Positions 27,299-36,519 of a DNA stretch of 52,659 nucleotides are shown here, piece after piece (the stretch's first letter is position 1; the number at the start of each line of letters is the position of its first letter). The notes below the pieces were generated by a model. The model did no database searches, was not told the origin of the DNA, and was given only the letters and a program-made list of their open reading frames with translations. Source of the DNA: Myxococcota bacterium (GTDB taxonomy: Bacteria; Myxococcota; Myxococcia; Myxococcales; Myxococcaceae); contig JBMORE010000185.1 of assembly GCA_049322255.1 (NCBI GenBank), positions 1 to 52,659 on the forward strand, given 5' to 3'. A program made the translations under genes and the position numbers.

Positions 27299-27578
27299 GA
27301 GCTCTCCGCAGCCGTCGACGAACGCGCGCGGGTCATAGCGAGGGGACCTAGCCGCGTCAACGGGGCGCGATAGTCCACCGATTGAGACGGTGGGTCCACG
27401 AACATGGAAAAACGGTTGGTTTGGGTTCGATTTCGATTGTTCCGTATTCGAATTCGAATGTTCTGCATTCGATCACCGTTGCGATGTAAAGGACCTTTCA
27501 TGCGGCGTAATGGTTTTCGCTTCCATCACATTCCAATTCGGTTCCGGCGGGTTCGATGATCGAATGCTCCGTATGATG

Positions 27579-28043
27579 ATGAGCGACCAGAGCCTCCAAG
27601 AACGCTTCGCGCCTAGTTCCATTTGCTTTGGCTGCGGGCCGGTCAACCAGAAGGGCTTGCGAATTCGAAGCTTCGAGCAAGGCGATGCCTTGGTGTGTGA
27701 GTGGACGCCGCAGAAGCACCACGAGGCGTTCCCGGGCATGCTCAACGGCGGCATCGTGGGTTCTCTGCTCGATTGCCACTCGAACTGGACCGCGGCGGTG
27801 CATTTGATGAAGCGGCGCAAGCTCGAGCAACCGCCGGTCACCGTCACCGCGGACTACGCCGTTTCACTCAAGCGCCCCTGCCCCAGCGATAAGCCACTGA
27901 CGATGAAGGCGCGCGTGGTCGAGTCGGCCGACCCGCGGGTCGTGGTGGAGGCGACGTTGGAATCTGACGGGAAGGTGCGCGCCACCTGCCGAGGGACCTT
28001 CATCGCCGTCGAGCCCGGGCACCCGGCGTACCACCGCTGGTAG
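27579..28043 (+). CDS. PaaI family (hotdog-fold) thioesterase
   Basis: CFGCGPVNQKGL, HEAFPGMLNGGIVGSLLDC, VTADYAV. Three tandem ATGs at 27573-27581 make the start uncertain. Confidence 0.88.
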   Translation: MSDQSLQERFAPSSICFGCGPVNQKGLRIRSFEQGDALVCEWTPQKHHEAFPGMLNGGIVGSLLDCHSNWTAAVHLMKRRKLEQPPVTVTADYAVSLKRPCPSDKPLTMKARVVESADPRVVVEATLESDGKVRATCRGTFIAVEPGHPAYHRW

Positions 28044-28099
28044 ACGCCATAGATCCTCCGGCCGCGTCGCGCGTTCAAGCCTCTCGCACGGAGGAAACC

Positions 28100-29185
28100 A
28101 TGACCCGACGAGGCCTTCTGGCCGCCACGCTGGCGGCGACTCTCTCCTTCACCGCTTTCGCCGACGAGAAGTCGGAGCGCGCCGCCGCCGACCTGCTGCA
28201 CAAGCGGCTCCAGCACGAAAACCCACAGGACAAGGCGCTCCTCGATGCGGTGAAGGGCAAGGACATTGTCGTGGTCCGCGGGAGCATGGACCAAATCGAG
28301 GACGTTCTCCGCGCTGCGCGCATTCAGCACACGGTGATCGACCCCGAACGGGTCGCTCGCTACCCGCTCTCCTCGAGCATGATCCTGATGGTCAATTGCC
28401 CCGGCGACATGCCCGAGGCATCGCTTCGACGCATCGAGAAGTTCGTGCGTGCCGGCGGGCTGCTCTACACGACCGACTGGGCGCTGGCGAACGTGGTGCA
28501 GCGGCTCTTCCCCAAGACCATCGTCCACAACGGCGGCAGCACCGGAGACGAAGTGGTGCCGGTGCGCATCGACCAACAGAACGACAACCTCATGTCGCGC
28601 ATGCTCTTGCGCAAAGGAACCGACCCGCAGTGGTGGCTGGAGGGTGGCAGCTACCCGATCAAGATTCTCGACTCCAAGCGCGTGGAGGTGCTCGCCAGCT
28701 CGGCGACGATGGGCAAGCGCTACGGCGCCACGCCGGTGGTGGTGCGTTTCCGCCACGAAGACGGCGAGGTGATTCACGTCGTCAGCCATTTCTACCGACA
28801 GCTGTCGACCCAGGGACCGGCGGTGGCGGCGAAGGACGCGCAGATTGACGGGCTGTCCAAGTCCGACGCCGAGGATTTCAGGAAGAGCGAGGCGGCGGAG
28901 GCCAAGCTCGGCGACGTCGAGAGCAGCTACGCCTTCCAGCGCATGACCAGCAACCTGGTGACGACCAAGCAGAAGCGCAACGTGGAGCTGCAGGAGATCT
29001 ACAACCAGACAGTGCGCGCTCCCGCGGCGCTGCGCGGAGCTCCGTCGGCAAGCGCCGCGCCCGTGGTCGACGCTCGAAAAGGCACGCGGATGAAGGTGCT
29101 CACGCGTCAGGGCGACCAGGTGAAGGTGCGCGACGAATTCGGGAACGAGGGCTGGGTCGCCGCCGATGATCTGGTCGCCCACTGA
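28100..29185 (+). CDS. Exported hypothetical protein: putative Tat signal, GATase-like alpha/beta domain, C-terminal SH3b-like domain
   Basis: MTRRGLL...AFA signal; ILMVNCPG...FVRAGGLLYTTDWA; C-terminal ALRGAPS...KGTRMKVL...GDQVKVR...EGWV; GGAGG RBS. Confidence 0.65.
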   Translation: MTRRGLLAATLAATLSFTAFADEKSERAAADLLHKRLQHENPQDKALLDAVKGKDIVVVRGSMDQIEDVLRAARIQHTVIDPERVARYPLSSSMILMVNCPGDMPEASLRRIEKFVRAGGLLYTTDWALANVVQRLFPKTIVHNGGSTGDEVVPVRIDQQNDNLMSRMLLRKGTDPQWWLEGGSYPIKILDSKRVEVLASSATMGKRYGATPVVVRFRHEDGEVIHVVSHFYRQLSTQGPAVAAKDAQIDGLSKSDAEDFRKSEAAEAKLGDVESSYAFQRMTSNLVTTKQKRNVELQEIYNQTVRAPAALRGAPSASAAPVVDARKGTRMKVLTRQGDQVKVRDEFGNEGWVAADDLVAH

Positions 29186-29565
29186 TCGACGATCGCCTCA
29201 GCTTCGATTTCGACCTTCCACCTCGGGTCGAGCAGGCCAGCGACGACGATCATCGTGGCCGCTGGCCGGACGTTACGGAAGAAAGCCTCATGGGCGCGAC
29301 CGACTGCGTCGGCGTAGGCCGCGGAGGTGATGAACATGCGCGTGCGCACCACATGCGCGATGTCCGCATCCGCTTGCCGCAGCGCCTCAGCGACGATCTC
29401 GAAACAGCGCCGTGCTTGGACCTCCGGGTCGGGATCGCACGAGCCGTCAGGCCAGATGGGCGCGGTGCCTGAAACGAGCACGCGGTCTTTCACGCGCACC
29501 GCGCGGCAAAAGCCGATGGCGGCTTCGTAGGGAGAGCCGGATGAGATTCGCAGACGCTCGGCCAT
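29107..29565 (-). CDS. RidA family protein (Rid subfamily), with a C-terminal extension overlapping the convergent gene
   Basis: SSGSPYE..IGFCRAVR, VSGTAP, VVRTRMF, RPAATM, VEIEAEA. Confidence 0.9.
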   Translation of the reverse strand: MAERLRISSGSPYEAAIGFCRAVRVKDRVLVSGTAPIWPDGSCDPDPEVQARRCFEIVAEALRQADADIAHVVRTRMFITSAAYADAVGRAHEAFFRNVRPAATMIVVAGLLDPRWKVEIEAEAIVDQWATRSSAATQPSFPNSSRTFTWSP

Positions 29566-29643
29566 GGGGGAGGGCTTCTACCAGCTTCGCCGACGTCGGT
29601 ATGCCCTGGGGCTCACTGGCGGCTTCCGCGTCACCGACACACG

Positions 29644-29757
29644 ACTCGGCCAACACCATTGCACCCAGAATGCCATCTCCTGTTCGGCTTTCCTCGGGAG
29701 GGTCGGGCGAAAGTCGATTCTGGGTGCAATCGTGTTGGCGCCCGTCGGTTGCCGAGT
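29644..29757. repeat. Long imperfect inverted repeat / hairpin
   Basis: 29649-29671 GCCAACACCATTGCACCCAGAAT matches the reverse complement of 29717-29739 at 22/23; further inner and outer pairings are possible. Confidence 0.75.
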
Positions 29758-29810
29758 GGAGTCGAGGGCCGGCCCCGAATCGATGGAACGGTCCACACGC
29801 CCTCCGAGGT

Positions 29811-30228
29811 TCACGAACGCTCGTCGGGAACGATGCGGAGCTCAGTGGAGCGATCAGCAATGCTTAGCCGGCGCCAGGCGGCATAAAAGAGCGCAAGCGT
29901 CGCAGATGCGCTGCCCCAAAAGAGCACCACGCTTCCCATCGTGTTGGCGTCGATGGTTTGCCGAACCAGTCCGACGGTGCACCCAGCGATGGCACCGAAC
30001 ACCGCGGCGGGGAAGCGCCGAGTGCTGGGCAGAGAATGCCGCGCTCTGGAGGTCCTCTTCGCTCATCAACAGGCCCGTCGGAGTTGCGCCAGCCGAGCCC
30101 GTGCCCTCCGCAGTCACCACCAACCTCGCGCCACAAGCACACGTTCGATCGACCCGTACTTCCGATGACGACTCGAGGTTGCGACTCTGCGCAGTTCTGA
30201 TGAGTGAGAACAACCCCCACAGTCCCAT
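29811..30228 (-). pseudogene. Possible frameshifted small membrane-protein gene downstream of nuoB
   Basis: GGAG RBS plus ATG 16 nt after the nuoB stop. Frame A reads MGLWGLF...RTCACG...SAQHSA; the +1 frame continues with two TM-like segments (FPAAVFGAIAGCTVGLV; GSVVLFWGSASATLALFYAAW). Confidence 0.35.
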
Positions 30229-30243
30229 GTGGAATGCTCCGGT

Positions 30244-30813
30244 CTACTTGTTCAACTTGTTCATGTCGGCGAGCAGGTCGTGCGCGCCGGGACGCAGCGG
30301 GGGCTGCCGCTCGACCAGCTTGTGGGTCTGCCGGGAGATCTTGTCCTGCAGGAGCATGAGACCGTCGAGCACCTGCTCGGGCCGGGGCGGGCACCCGGGG
30401 ATGTACACGTCGACTGGAATGATGCGGTCGATGCCCTGGGACACCGCGTAGTTGTCGTAGAACCCACCCGAGCTGGCGCACACCCCGAACGCCACCACCC
30501 ACTTGGGGTCGCACATCTGCTCGTAGACGCGCTTCAAAATCGGCGCCTGCTTCATGTTGATGGTACCGATGACCATCAAGAGGTCGGCCTGGCGCGGGCT
30601 GAAGCGGGGGAACTCGGCTCCGAAGCGCGCGATGTCGTAGCGGCTGGCGGCGACCGACATGTACTCCATGCCGCAGCAGGCGGTGGCGAAGGGATAGGTG
30701 AACAGCGAGTACTTGCGCGCCCAGCCCAGGCCCTTGGAAACCATCTTCTCGAAGAAGCCCATCGCCTCTTCGCGGCGGGTCGCCAGCACAGGCGTGATGT
30801 CGAGCTCGGCCAT
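30244..30813 (-). CDS. nuoB: NADH-quinone oxidoreductase subunit B (set 1)
   Basis: [35 protein letters not shown]. Confidence 0.95.
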   Translation of the reverse strand: MAELDITPVLATRREEAMGFFEKMVSKGLGWARKYSLFTYPFATACCGMEYMSVAASRYDIARFGAEFPRFSPRQADLLMVIGTINMKQAPILKRVYEQMCDPKWVVAFGVCASSGGFYDNYAVSQGIDRIIPVDVYIPGCPPRPEQVLDGLMLLQDKISRQTHKLVERQPPLRPGAHDLLADMNKLNK

Positions 30814-30816
30814 CGT

Positions 30817-31188
30817 TTAGCTCTCCCAGGTGAGCGCGCCCTTCTTCCACACGTACAAAAGCCCAGCGACCAGGGTGGCGGCGAACACCGCCATCTCAGC
30901 GAAGCCAAACCACGCCAGCTCTTTGAAGCTCACCGCCCACGGGTAGAGAAACACCGCCTCCACGTCGAAGACGATGAAGAGCAGGGCGACCACGTAGAAC
31001 TTCACCGCGAAGCGCTGGCGCGCGCTGCCGATCGTCTCCGAGCCGCACTCGAAGGTCTCCGACTTGGTCGCGCTCGGCCGCGTGGGGCCCAAGATCGAGG
31101 CGATGCCGGTGATGGCCACCGCCAAAAGCCCGGCGACCAGGAGGACGACCGCCAGCGGGATGTAGGGCTCCAGGGGGTTGGGCGCCAT
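30817..31188 (-). CDS. nuoA: NADH-quinone oxidoreductase subunit A (set 1)
   Basis: FECG, KFYVVALLFIVFDVE..FLYPW, WKKGALTW. Confidence 0.94.
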   Translation of the reverse strand: MAPNPLEPYIPLAVVLLVAGLLAVAITGIASILGPTRPSATKSETFECGSETIGSARQRFAVKFYVVALLFIVFDVEAVFLYPWAVSFKELAWFGFAEMAVFAATLVAGLLYVWKKGALTWES

Positions 31189-31287
31189 GGGCGCGGGAAG
31201 ATGACACGGCTTCCAAGTGCTTGACAACAAAGGGCGTACCTGAAATCAACCCCGCGGTTTCGCCCTGTGCGCGTGAGGTGAAAAATC
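31189..31287. promoter_or_regulatory. 99-bp divergent control region shared by the two nuoA genes
   Basis: Head-to-head nuoA genes; contains TTGACA at 31221 and an IHF-like site at 31214-31226. Confidence 0.6.
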
Positions 31288-31737
31288 GTGCAGTTCGACT
31301 TCGCGATGGTGCTGGTCTTCGTGGTCGCGGCGGTTGGCTTTGCCATCGCCAACCTGGTGATCGGCTACTTCCTGCGGCCCCGCTTCCCCAACCCCGAGAA
31401 GGACATCATCTACGAGTGTGGCGAGCGGCCGATCGGCAGCGCGTGGATCAACTTCAACCCGCGCTTCTACATCATCGCCCTGGTGTTCGTGATCTTCGAG
31501 GTGGAGATCGCCCTCACCATTCCGGTGGCGCTGGTCTTCCGCAAGTGGGTGTACGAGCACCAAGGCATGACCGCCCTGTGGGAGATTTTGGCCTTCGTCG
31601 CCATTCTCTTCACCGGCCTGGTGTGGATTTGGGCGCGCCGTGACCTCGAGTGGGTGAAGAAGCTCGAAAACGACCAGGAGCCCGCGCCCGCAACGGCTGG
31701 CGTGTCGTCGCCCCGTTCCTACGTGGAGAACGTCTGA
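31288..31737 (+). CDS. nuoA: Complex I-like subunit A (set 2)
   Basis: [36 protein letters not shown]. Confidence 0.92.
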   Translation: MQFDFAMVLVFVVAAVGFAIANLVIGYFLRPRFPNPEKDIIYECGERPIGSAWINFNPRFYIIALVFVIFEVEIALTIPVALVFRKWVYEHQGMTALWEILAFVAILFTGLVWIWARRDLEWVKKLENDQEPAPATAGVSSPRSYVENV

Positions 31738-32309
31738 TGGCTACGCTCGACGAGAAGAAGGGCTACGCGCACGATCCAGGAGCCTCCACCGCCCTGGTGA
31801 CCACCCACACCAACGTGCTGGAGAACCTGATCAACTGGTCGCGGCGCTCCTCGATGTTCTACCTGCTCTTCGGGCTGGCCTGCTGCGGCATCGAGCTGAT
31901 GCAGACCGGCGGCCCGCGCGCCGACTTGGACCGCTTCGGCTCGGTGCCCCGCGCCACTCCACGCCAGAGCGACTTGATGATCGTCGCCGGCACGCTCACC
32001 TACAAGATGGCGCTGCGCTGCAAGCTCCTCTACGAGCAGATGGCCGAGCCGAAGTACGTCATCTCCATGGGTTCGTGCGCCAACTGCGGAGGCCTCTTCC
32101 AGCTCGCGTATTCGGTCTGCAAGGGCGTGGACAAAATCATCCCCGTCGATGTCTACGTGCCCGGTTGTCCTCCGCGGCCGGAGGCGCTCACCGAGGGCTT
32201 CTTGCGCATTCAGGAACTCATTCGCCGCGAGACCTTGAAGCAGAAGTACCGCCCCTCGCTCGGGCCTGCCGACACCGGCGCGGGCTACGTCGTTCCGGAG
32301 AGGGTCTAA
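31737..32309 (+). CDS. nuoB: Complex I-like subunit B (set 2)
   Basis: [42 protein letters not shown] overlap with nuoA. Confidence 0.95.
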   Translation: MATLDEKKGYAHDPGASTALVTTHTNVLENLINWSRRSSMFYLLFGLACCGIELMQTGGPRADLDRFGSVPRATPRQSDLMIVAGTLTYKMALRCKLLYEQMAEPKYVISMGSCANCGGLFQLAYSVCKGVDKIIPVDVYVPGCPPRPEALTEGFLRIQELIRRETLKQKYRPSLGPADTGAGYVVPERV

Positions 32310-32312
32310 AAG

Positions 32313-32927
32313 ATGCCCGCCCTCACCTCGGAGCAGATTCACGCCAAGCTCGCCGCCAAGTTCGGCGAGGCGGTGGGCACGCTGACGGCGGCGAAGGACC
32401 CGTTCTGCGTCTTCAAGAAGGAGAGGGTGGAGGAGATTTTCCGCTTCCTCCACGACGAGCCTGAGCTGGCCTTCGACTTCCTGCAAGACGAGACGGCCAC
32501 CGACCACCCCAAGGAGGGGCTCGTCCGCGTCGTCTACCACTTCTATAGCTACACCCACCGGCACCTGTTCGTGGGCAAGGTGGAGCTGGACCGCACCTCG
32601 CCCGAGCTGGCCAGCGCCGAGCCGGTGTGGAAGGCAGCCAACTGGATGGAGCGCGAGATCTACGATCTCTACGGAGTGACCTTCACCGGGCACTCCGACC
32701 TGCGGCGCATCTTGCTACCCTACGACTGGGTGGGGCACCCCTTGCGCAAGGACTACTCCGAGGCCGGCGGCTACCGCGACATCTCCAACGTGCGGGACAA
32801 CCCGCTCGATTTGTATTTGAACCTCGACCGGCAAATTCGCGCGGCGAAAGAGGAAGCGCGAGATGCCGCTTCGCCGCCGTCGATTGCCCCCGCTCCTCAG
32901 CCGGCGGCTCCTAAGGCGGAGGGCTGA
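32313..32927 (+). CDS. nuoC: Complex I-like subunit C (set 2)
   Basis: [24 protein letters not shown]...GHPLRKDY. Confidence 0.93.
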   Translation: MPALTSEQIHAKLAAKFGEAVGTLTAAKDPFCVFKKERVEEIFRFLHDEPELAFDFLQDETATDHPKEGLVRVVYHFYSYTHRHLFVGKVELDRTSPELASAEPVWKAANWMEREIYDLYGVTFTGHSDLRRILLPYDWVGHPLRKDYSEAGGYRDISNVRDNPLDLYLNLDRQIRAAKEEARDAASPPSIAPAPQPAAPKAEG

Positions 32928-32929
32928 CC

Positions 32930-34096
32930 ATGGCGCTCGACCAGCTGCTCATCACCAAGAAGTTCGGGCCCGATGCGGACCAGGAGATGATCCTCAACAT
33001 GGGGCCGCAGCACCCCTCGACCCACGGGGTGATCAACTTCATCGTTCAAGCCGACGGCGAGATCATGAAGAAGGCGGTGCCCGAGGTCGGGTACCTGCAC
33101 CGCTCGATCGAGAAGATCGGCGAGACGGTGACCTACTCCGGCTTCATGCCGTACACCGACCGCATCGACTACATCGCGGCGATGTTCGCCAACGAGGGCT
33201 ACGCGCTGGCGGTGGAGAAGCTTTTGGGCATTCGCGCCCCCCCGCGGGCCGAGTACCTACGCGTCATTTCCTGCGAGCTCAACCGCATCGCCAGCCACCT
33301 CATCTCGGTGGGGACGATGGCGATGGACATCGGCGCGGTGACCCCTTTCCCCTACGCCTTGCGCGAGCGGGAGAGCATCAACGACCTCATCGAGGCGCTG
33401 TGCGGCGCGCGGCTCACCTACAACTACCACCGCATCGGCGGAGTGGCCTTCGACATGCCGCCCGACTGGGTGCCTCTGTGCCACAAGTGGCTCGACCACT
33501 TCGACAAGATTCTCGACGAGTGGGACCGGCTGATTTCGGGCAACGAGGTGTTCGTGCAGCGGCTGGCGGGGCTGTCAGTGATTCCCGCCCAGATGGCGAT
33601 CAACTACGGCCTGGTGGGACCTAACCTGCGCGCCTCGGGGGTCGACTTCGACCTACGCAAGGTGCACCCCTACAGCGCCTACCCCGACTTCGAGTTCAAG
33701 ATTCCGGTGGGGAGGGCGTACGGCGGCAAGCACCGCGGCGCGGTGGTGGGTGACTGCTACGACCGGTTCTATTGCCGCGTGCTCGAGTGCCGCGAGTCGG
33801 TGTCCATCGTGCGCCAGGCGCTCAAGAAGCTCCCGGGCGGCGAGTACATGGCCAAGGTGCCGAGGAAGATCAAACCGCCCGCGGGCGAGGCACAGTCCCG
33901 CGTCGAGTCGGCTCGCGGGGAGATGGCGTACTACGTCGTCTCCGACGGCTCGGAGCGCGCATACCGGGTCCGTGCTCGCACTGGTTCCTTCCTGGCGATG
34001 GGGATCATCGAGGAGCTCTCCAAGGGCCTGATGATCGCCGACTTGGTGGCGCTGATTGCCTCCCTCGATGTCGTCGCCCCGGAGATCGACCGCTAA
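32930..34096 (+). CDS. nuoD: Complex I-like subunit D (set 2)
   Basis: [32 protein letters not shown]-terminal EIDR. Confidence 0.94.
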   Translation: MALDQLLITKKFGPDADQEMILNMGPQHPSTHGVINFIVQADGEIMKKAVPEVGYLHRSIEKIGETVTYSGFMPYTDRIDYIAAMFANEGYALAVEKLLGIRAPPRAEYLRVISCELNRIASHLISVGTMAMDIGAVTPFPYALRERESINDLIEALCGARLTYNYHRIGGVAFDMPPDWVPLCHKWLDHFDKILDEWDRLISGNEVFVQRLAGLSVIPAQMAINYGLVGPNLRASGVDFDLRKVHPYSAYPDFEFKIPVGRAYGGKHRGAVVGDCYDRFYCRVLECRESVSIVRQALKKLPGGEYMAKVPRKIKPPAGEAQSRVESARGEMAYYVVSDGSERAYRVRARTGSFLAMGIIEELSKGLMIADLVALIASLDVVAPEIDR

Positions 34097-34099
34097 GCC

Positions 34100-35371
34100 A
34101 TGCACGAGACGCTCGACACCTTCATCCGCGAAACGCTGCAGCAAGACCCGTCGACTTGGCCTTTGACCCAGGGCGTCTACCTGGTGGCGATGATGGTCAT
34201 CGGTGTGGCGCTCACCACCTTCGGTGCGGTGTTCGCCGGCATCGTCTCCTTCTGGGAGCGTCGCGTCGCCGGCCGCATGCAGTCGCGCATCGGCCCTAAC
34301 CGCGTGGGCCCGGGTGGGTTTCTCCAGTGGGTGGCGGACGCGCTCAAGCTGATTCTCAAGGAGGACTTGATTCCTGCCGAGTCGGACAAGATCCTCTTCC
34401 GCATCGCGCCGTACTTCGTCATCACCGGCTTCATTCTCACCTTCGTGGTGCTGCCGTTCGGTTACCACCTGAGCGCGACCCAGATGAACGTAGGGCTGTT
34501 CTACGTGGTGTCGATCACCTCGCTGGTGGTGGTGGGCATTCTCGTCTCCGGTTGGGCGTCGAACTCAAAGTGGTCGCTCTTCGGAGGCATTCGCGCCGCG
34601 GCGCAGGTGGTGAGCTACGAGATTCCGGCGGGCATGGTGATTCTGGTGCCGATCATCATGGCCGGCTCGCTCAACATGCATGAAATCATTCGCCAGCAGG
34701 GCGGGGCGCCGTGGGACTGGTTCGTCTTCCAGACCCCAATGGGTTACGCGGCGTTCTTCATTCTCTTCGTGGCGTTGCTCGCGGAAGGAAACCGCACTCC
34801 CTTCGATCTTCCAGAGGCGGAGAGCGAGCTCGTCTCCGGCTACAACACAGAGTACTCGGGCATGCGCTTCGGGTATTTCTTCCTCGCCGAGTGGGGGAAC
34901 CTCTGGGTGATGAGCGCCATTCTCACCACGCTCTTCCTCGGTGGGTGGCAGGTGCCGGGCATCTCGGTGGCGCAGCTTACCCAGTGGGAAGCGGGCAACG
35001 CGGTGCCGGTGTGGTTCTACATTGCCTCGGCGATCGTCTTTTGCACCAAGGTGGTGGTGCTGGTGAACGTGGTCATCTGGATTCGGTGGACCTTCCCCCG
35101 CATTCGCGTCGACCAGATGATGTCCTTGTGTTGGAAGTACCTGGTGCCCATCGGCTTGGGGCTGGTGATTTTGGCTGCGTTCACCGAGGTGCTCTCCTTC
35201 CAGCTGTTCGGAGAGGCGGCGAAGGGGCAGGCGCCCTTGGCGAGCGCGCGCGGGGTGCTCCATTTCCTCTTCTTTGTCGTGGGCGGATTGCTCCCGATTG
35301 CGGCCTTCGTCATGAAGACTTTCCAAAACATCCGCCTCACCGGGGAGCGGGTGGACTTGAGCAACTGGTAG
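34100..35371 (+). CDS. nuoH: Complex I-like subunit H (set 2)
   Basis: ERRVAGRMQSRIGPNRVG, KEDLIP, AAQVVSYE, NRTPFDLPEAESELV.GY.TEYSG, RWTFPRIRVDQ. Confidence 0.94.
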   Translation: MHETLDTFIRETLQQDPSTWPLTQGVYLVAMMVIGVALTTFGAVFAGIVSFWERRVAGRMQSRIGPNRVGPGGFLQWVADALKLILKEDLIPAESDKILFRIAPYFVITGFILTFVVLPFGYHLSATQMNVGLFYVVSITSLVVVGILVSGWASNSKWSLFGGIRAAAQVVSYEIPAGMVILVPIIMAGSLNMHEIIRQQGGAPWDWFVFQTPMGYAAFFILFVALLAEGNRTPFDLPEAESELVSGYNTEYSGMRFGYFFLAEWGNLWVMSAILTTLFLGGWQVPGISVAQLTQWEAGNAVPVWFYIASAIVFCTKVVVLVNVVIWIRWTFPRIRVDQMMSLCWKYLVPIGLGLVILAAFTEVLSFQLFGEAAKGQAPLASARGVLHFLFFVVGGLLPIAAFVMKTFQNIRLTGERVDLSNW

Positions 35372-35385
35372 GAGCGATAAGACCG

Positions 35386-36285
35386 ATGCCCGTCGCCAAC
35401 TACGTCGGCAACATCAAGGACACGGTGAAGAGCGCCTGGGAGGGGATGAGCATCACCCTCTCCTACATGTTCCGCCGCCCGATGACCGTGCAGTACGCCG
35501 GCCCGGAGGAGGCGCGGCGCACCGGGGAGCTCATTCAGAACACGATGCCCTCGCGCTACCGCGGCTTCCTCGAAGTGGACATGGAGATTTGCACTGCCTG
35601 CCAGGCTTGCGAGCGGGCCTGTCCGATCAACGTCATCGCCATCGAGATCGAGAAGGACCCGTCCAACCCCAAGCAGCGGGCGATGACCCGCTTCGACATC
35701 GACGAGGCCAAGTGCATGTACTGCGGCCTGTGCGTCGAGCCGTGTCCCACCGGCGCCATTCAGCACACCAAAGAGTTCGAAGGCGCCCAGCGCTTCCTCT
35801 CCAACATGGTGTTGCGCTTCGTCGACCCGGCCAGGCCGGTGGCGCCTTACAAGCCGCCCAAGGGAGCGACGGCGTTTCCTCGGGTGATGCTGGGAGAGAT
35901 TACCCGCGGGCTGGTCAAACGGTGGGACTCGCCGCCGCCGCCGTTCCCGGTGGCCGGCACTGCGGCTCCGGTGGCAAAGAAGGACTCTGGCGACAGCAAG
36001 GCGCTGGCGCTCGAGCTGGCGAAGAAGGCGATCGGCGTCGATACCAAGAAGCTCGCCGCCATCCTCGAAGAAGCCCAGGCCGGCACCGACTGCGGCGCGT
36101 GCACCTACCCCACCTGCCGCGACTACTCGGAGGCGATGGCTTCAGGCAAAGAGAAGCGCCTGCACATGTGCGAGCCCGGCGGCGCCGAGAGCGCCCGCGC
36201 CACCCACATCATCATGGACTCGGTGAAGGCCGGGGCGGTGACGGTGACTCCCGAGGCGGAGAACGCCAAGTACGAGAGCCCGTAG
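35386..36285 (+). CDS. nuoI: Complex I-like subunit I fused to a C-terminal RnfB-type Fe-S domain
   Basis: TVQY, RYRG, CTACQACERACP, CMYCGLCVEPCP; then a Pro/Ala linker and DCGACTYPTC-x17-CEPGG. Confidence 0.9.
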   Translation: MPVANYVGNIKDTVKSAWEGMSITLSYMFRRPMTVQYAGPEEARRTGELIQNTMPSRYRGFLEVDMEICTACQACERACPINVIAIEIEKDPSNPKQRAMTRFDIDEAKCMYCGLCVEPCPTGAIQHTKEFEGAQRFLSNMVLRFVDPARPVAPYKPPKGATAFPRVMLGEITRGLVKRWDSPPPPFPVAGTAAPVAKKDSGDSKALALELAKKAIGVDTKKLAAILEEAQAGTDCGACTYPTCRDYSEAMASGKEKRLHMCEPGGAESARATHIIMDSVKAGAVTVTPEAENAKYESP

Positions 36286-36310
36286 GTCCAGTCTAAAAGT
36301 CGGTTGCCAA

Positions 36311-36410
36311 NNNNNNNNNNNNNNNNNNNNNNNNNNNNNNNNNNNNNNNNNNNNNNNNNNNNNNNNNNNNNNNNNNNNNNNNNNNNNNNNNNNNNNNNNN
36401 NNNNNNNNNN
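36311..36410. other. Scaffold gap (100 N) flanked by an exact 127-bp duplication (assembly artefact)
   Basis: 36184-36310 is identical to 36411-36537. Confidence 0.9.
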
Positions 36411-36519
36411 GCCGAGAGCGCCCGCGCCACCCACATCATCATGGACTCGGTGAAGGCCGGGGCGGTGACGGTGACTCCCGAGGCGGAGAACGCCAAGTAC
36501 GAGAGCCCGTAGGTCCAGT

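Noticed and set aside
29644..29765. Retron msr/msd interpretation of the long hairpin
   Set aside because: No reverse transcriptase gene is present in the window.
32930..34096. Set 2 as a group 4 [NiFe]-hydrogenase
   Set aside because: NuoD lacks the N- and C-terminal CxxC Ni ligands and keeps quinone-site His/Tyr; NuoB has the tandem CC of complex I.
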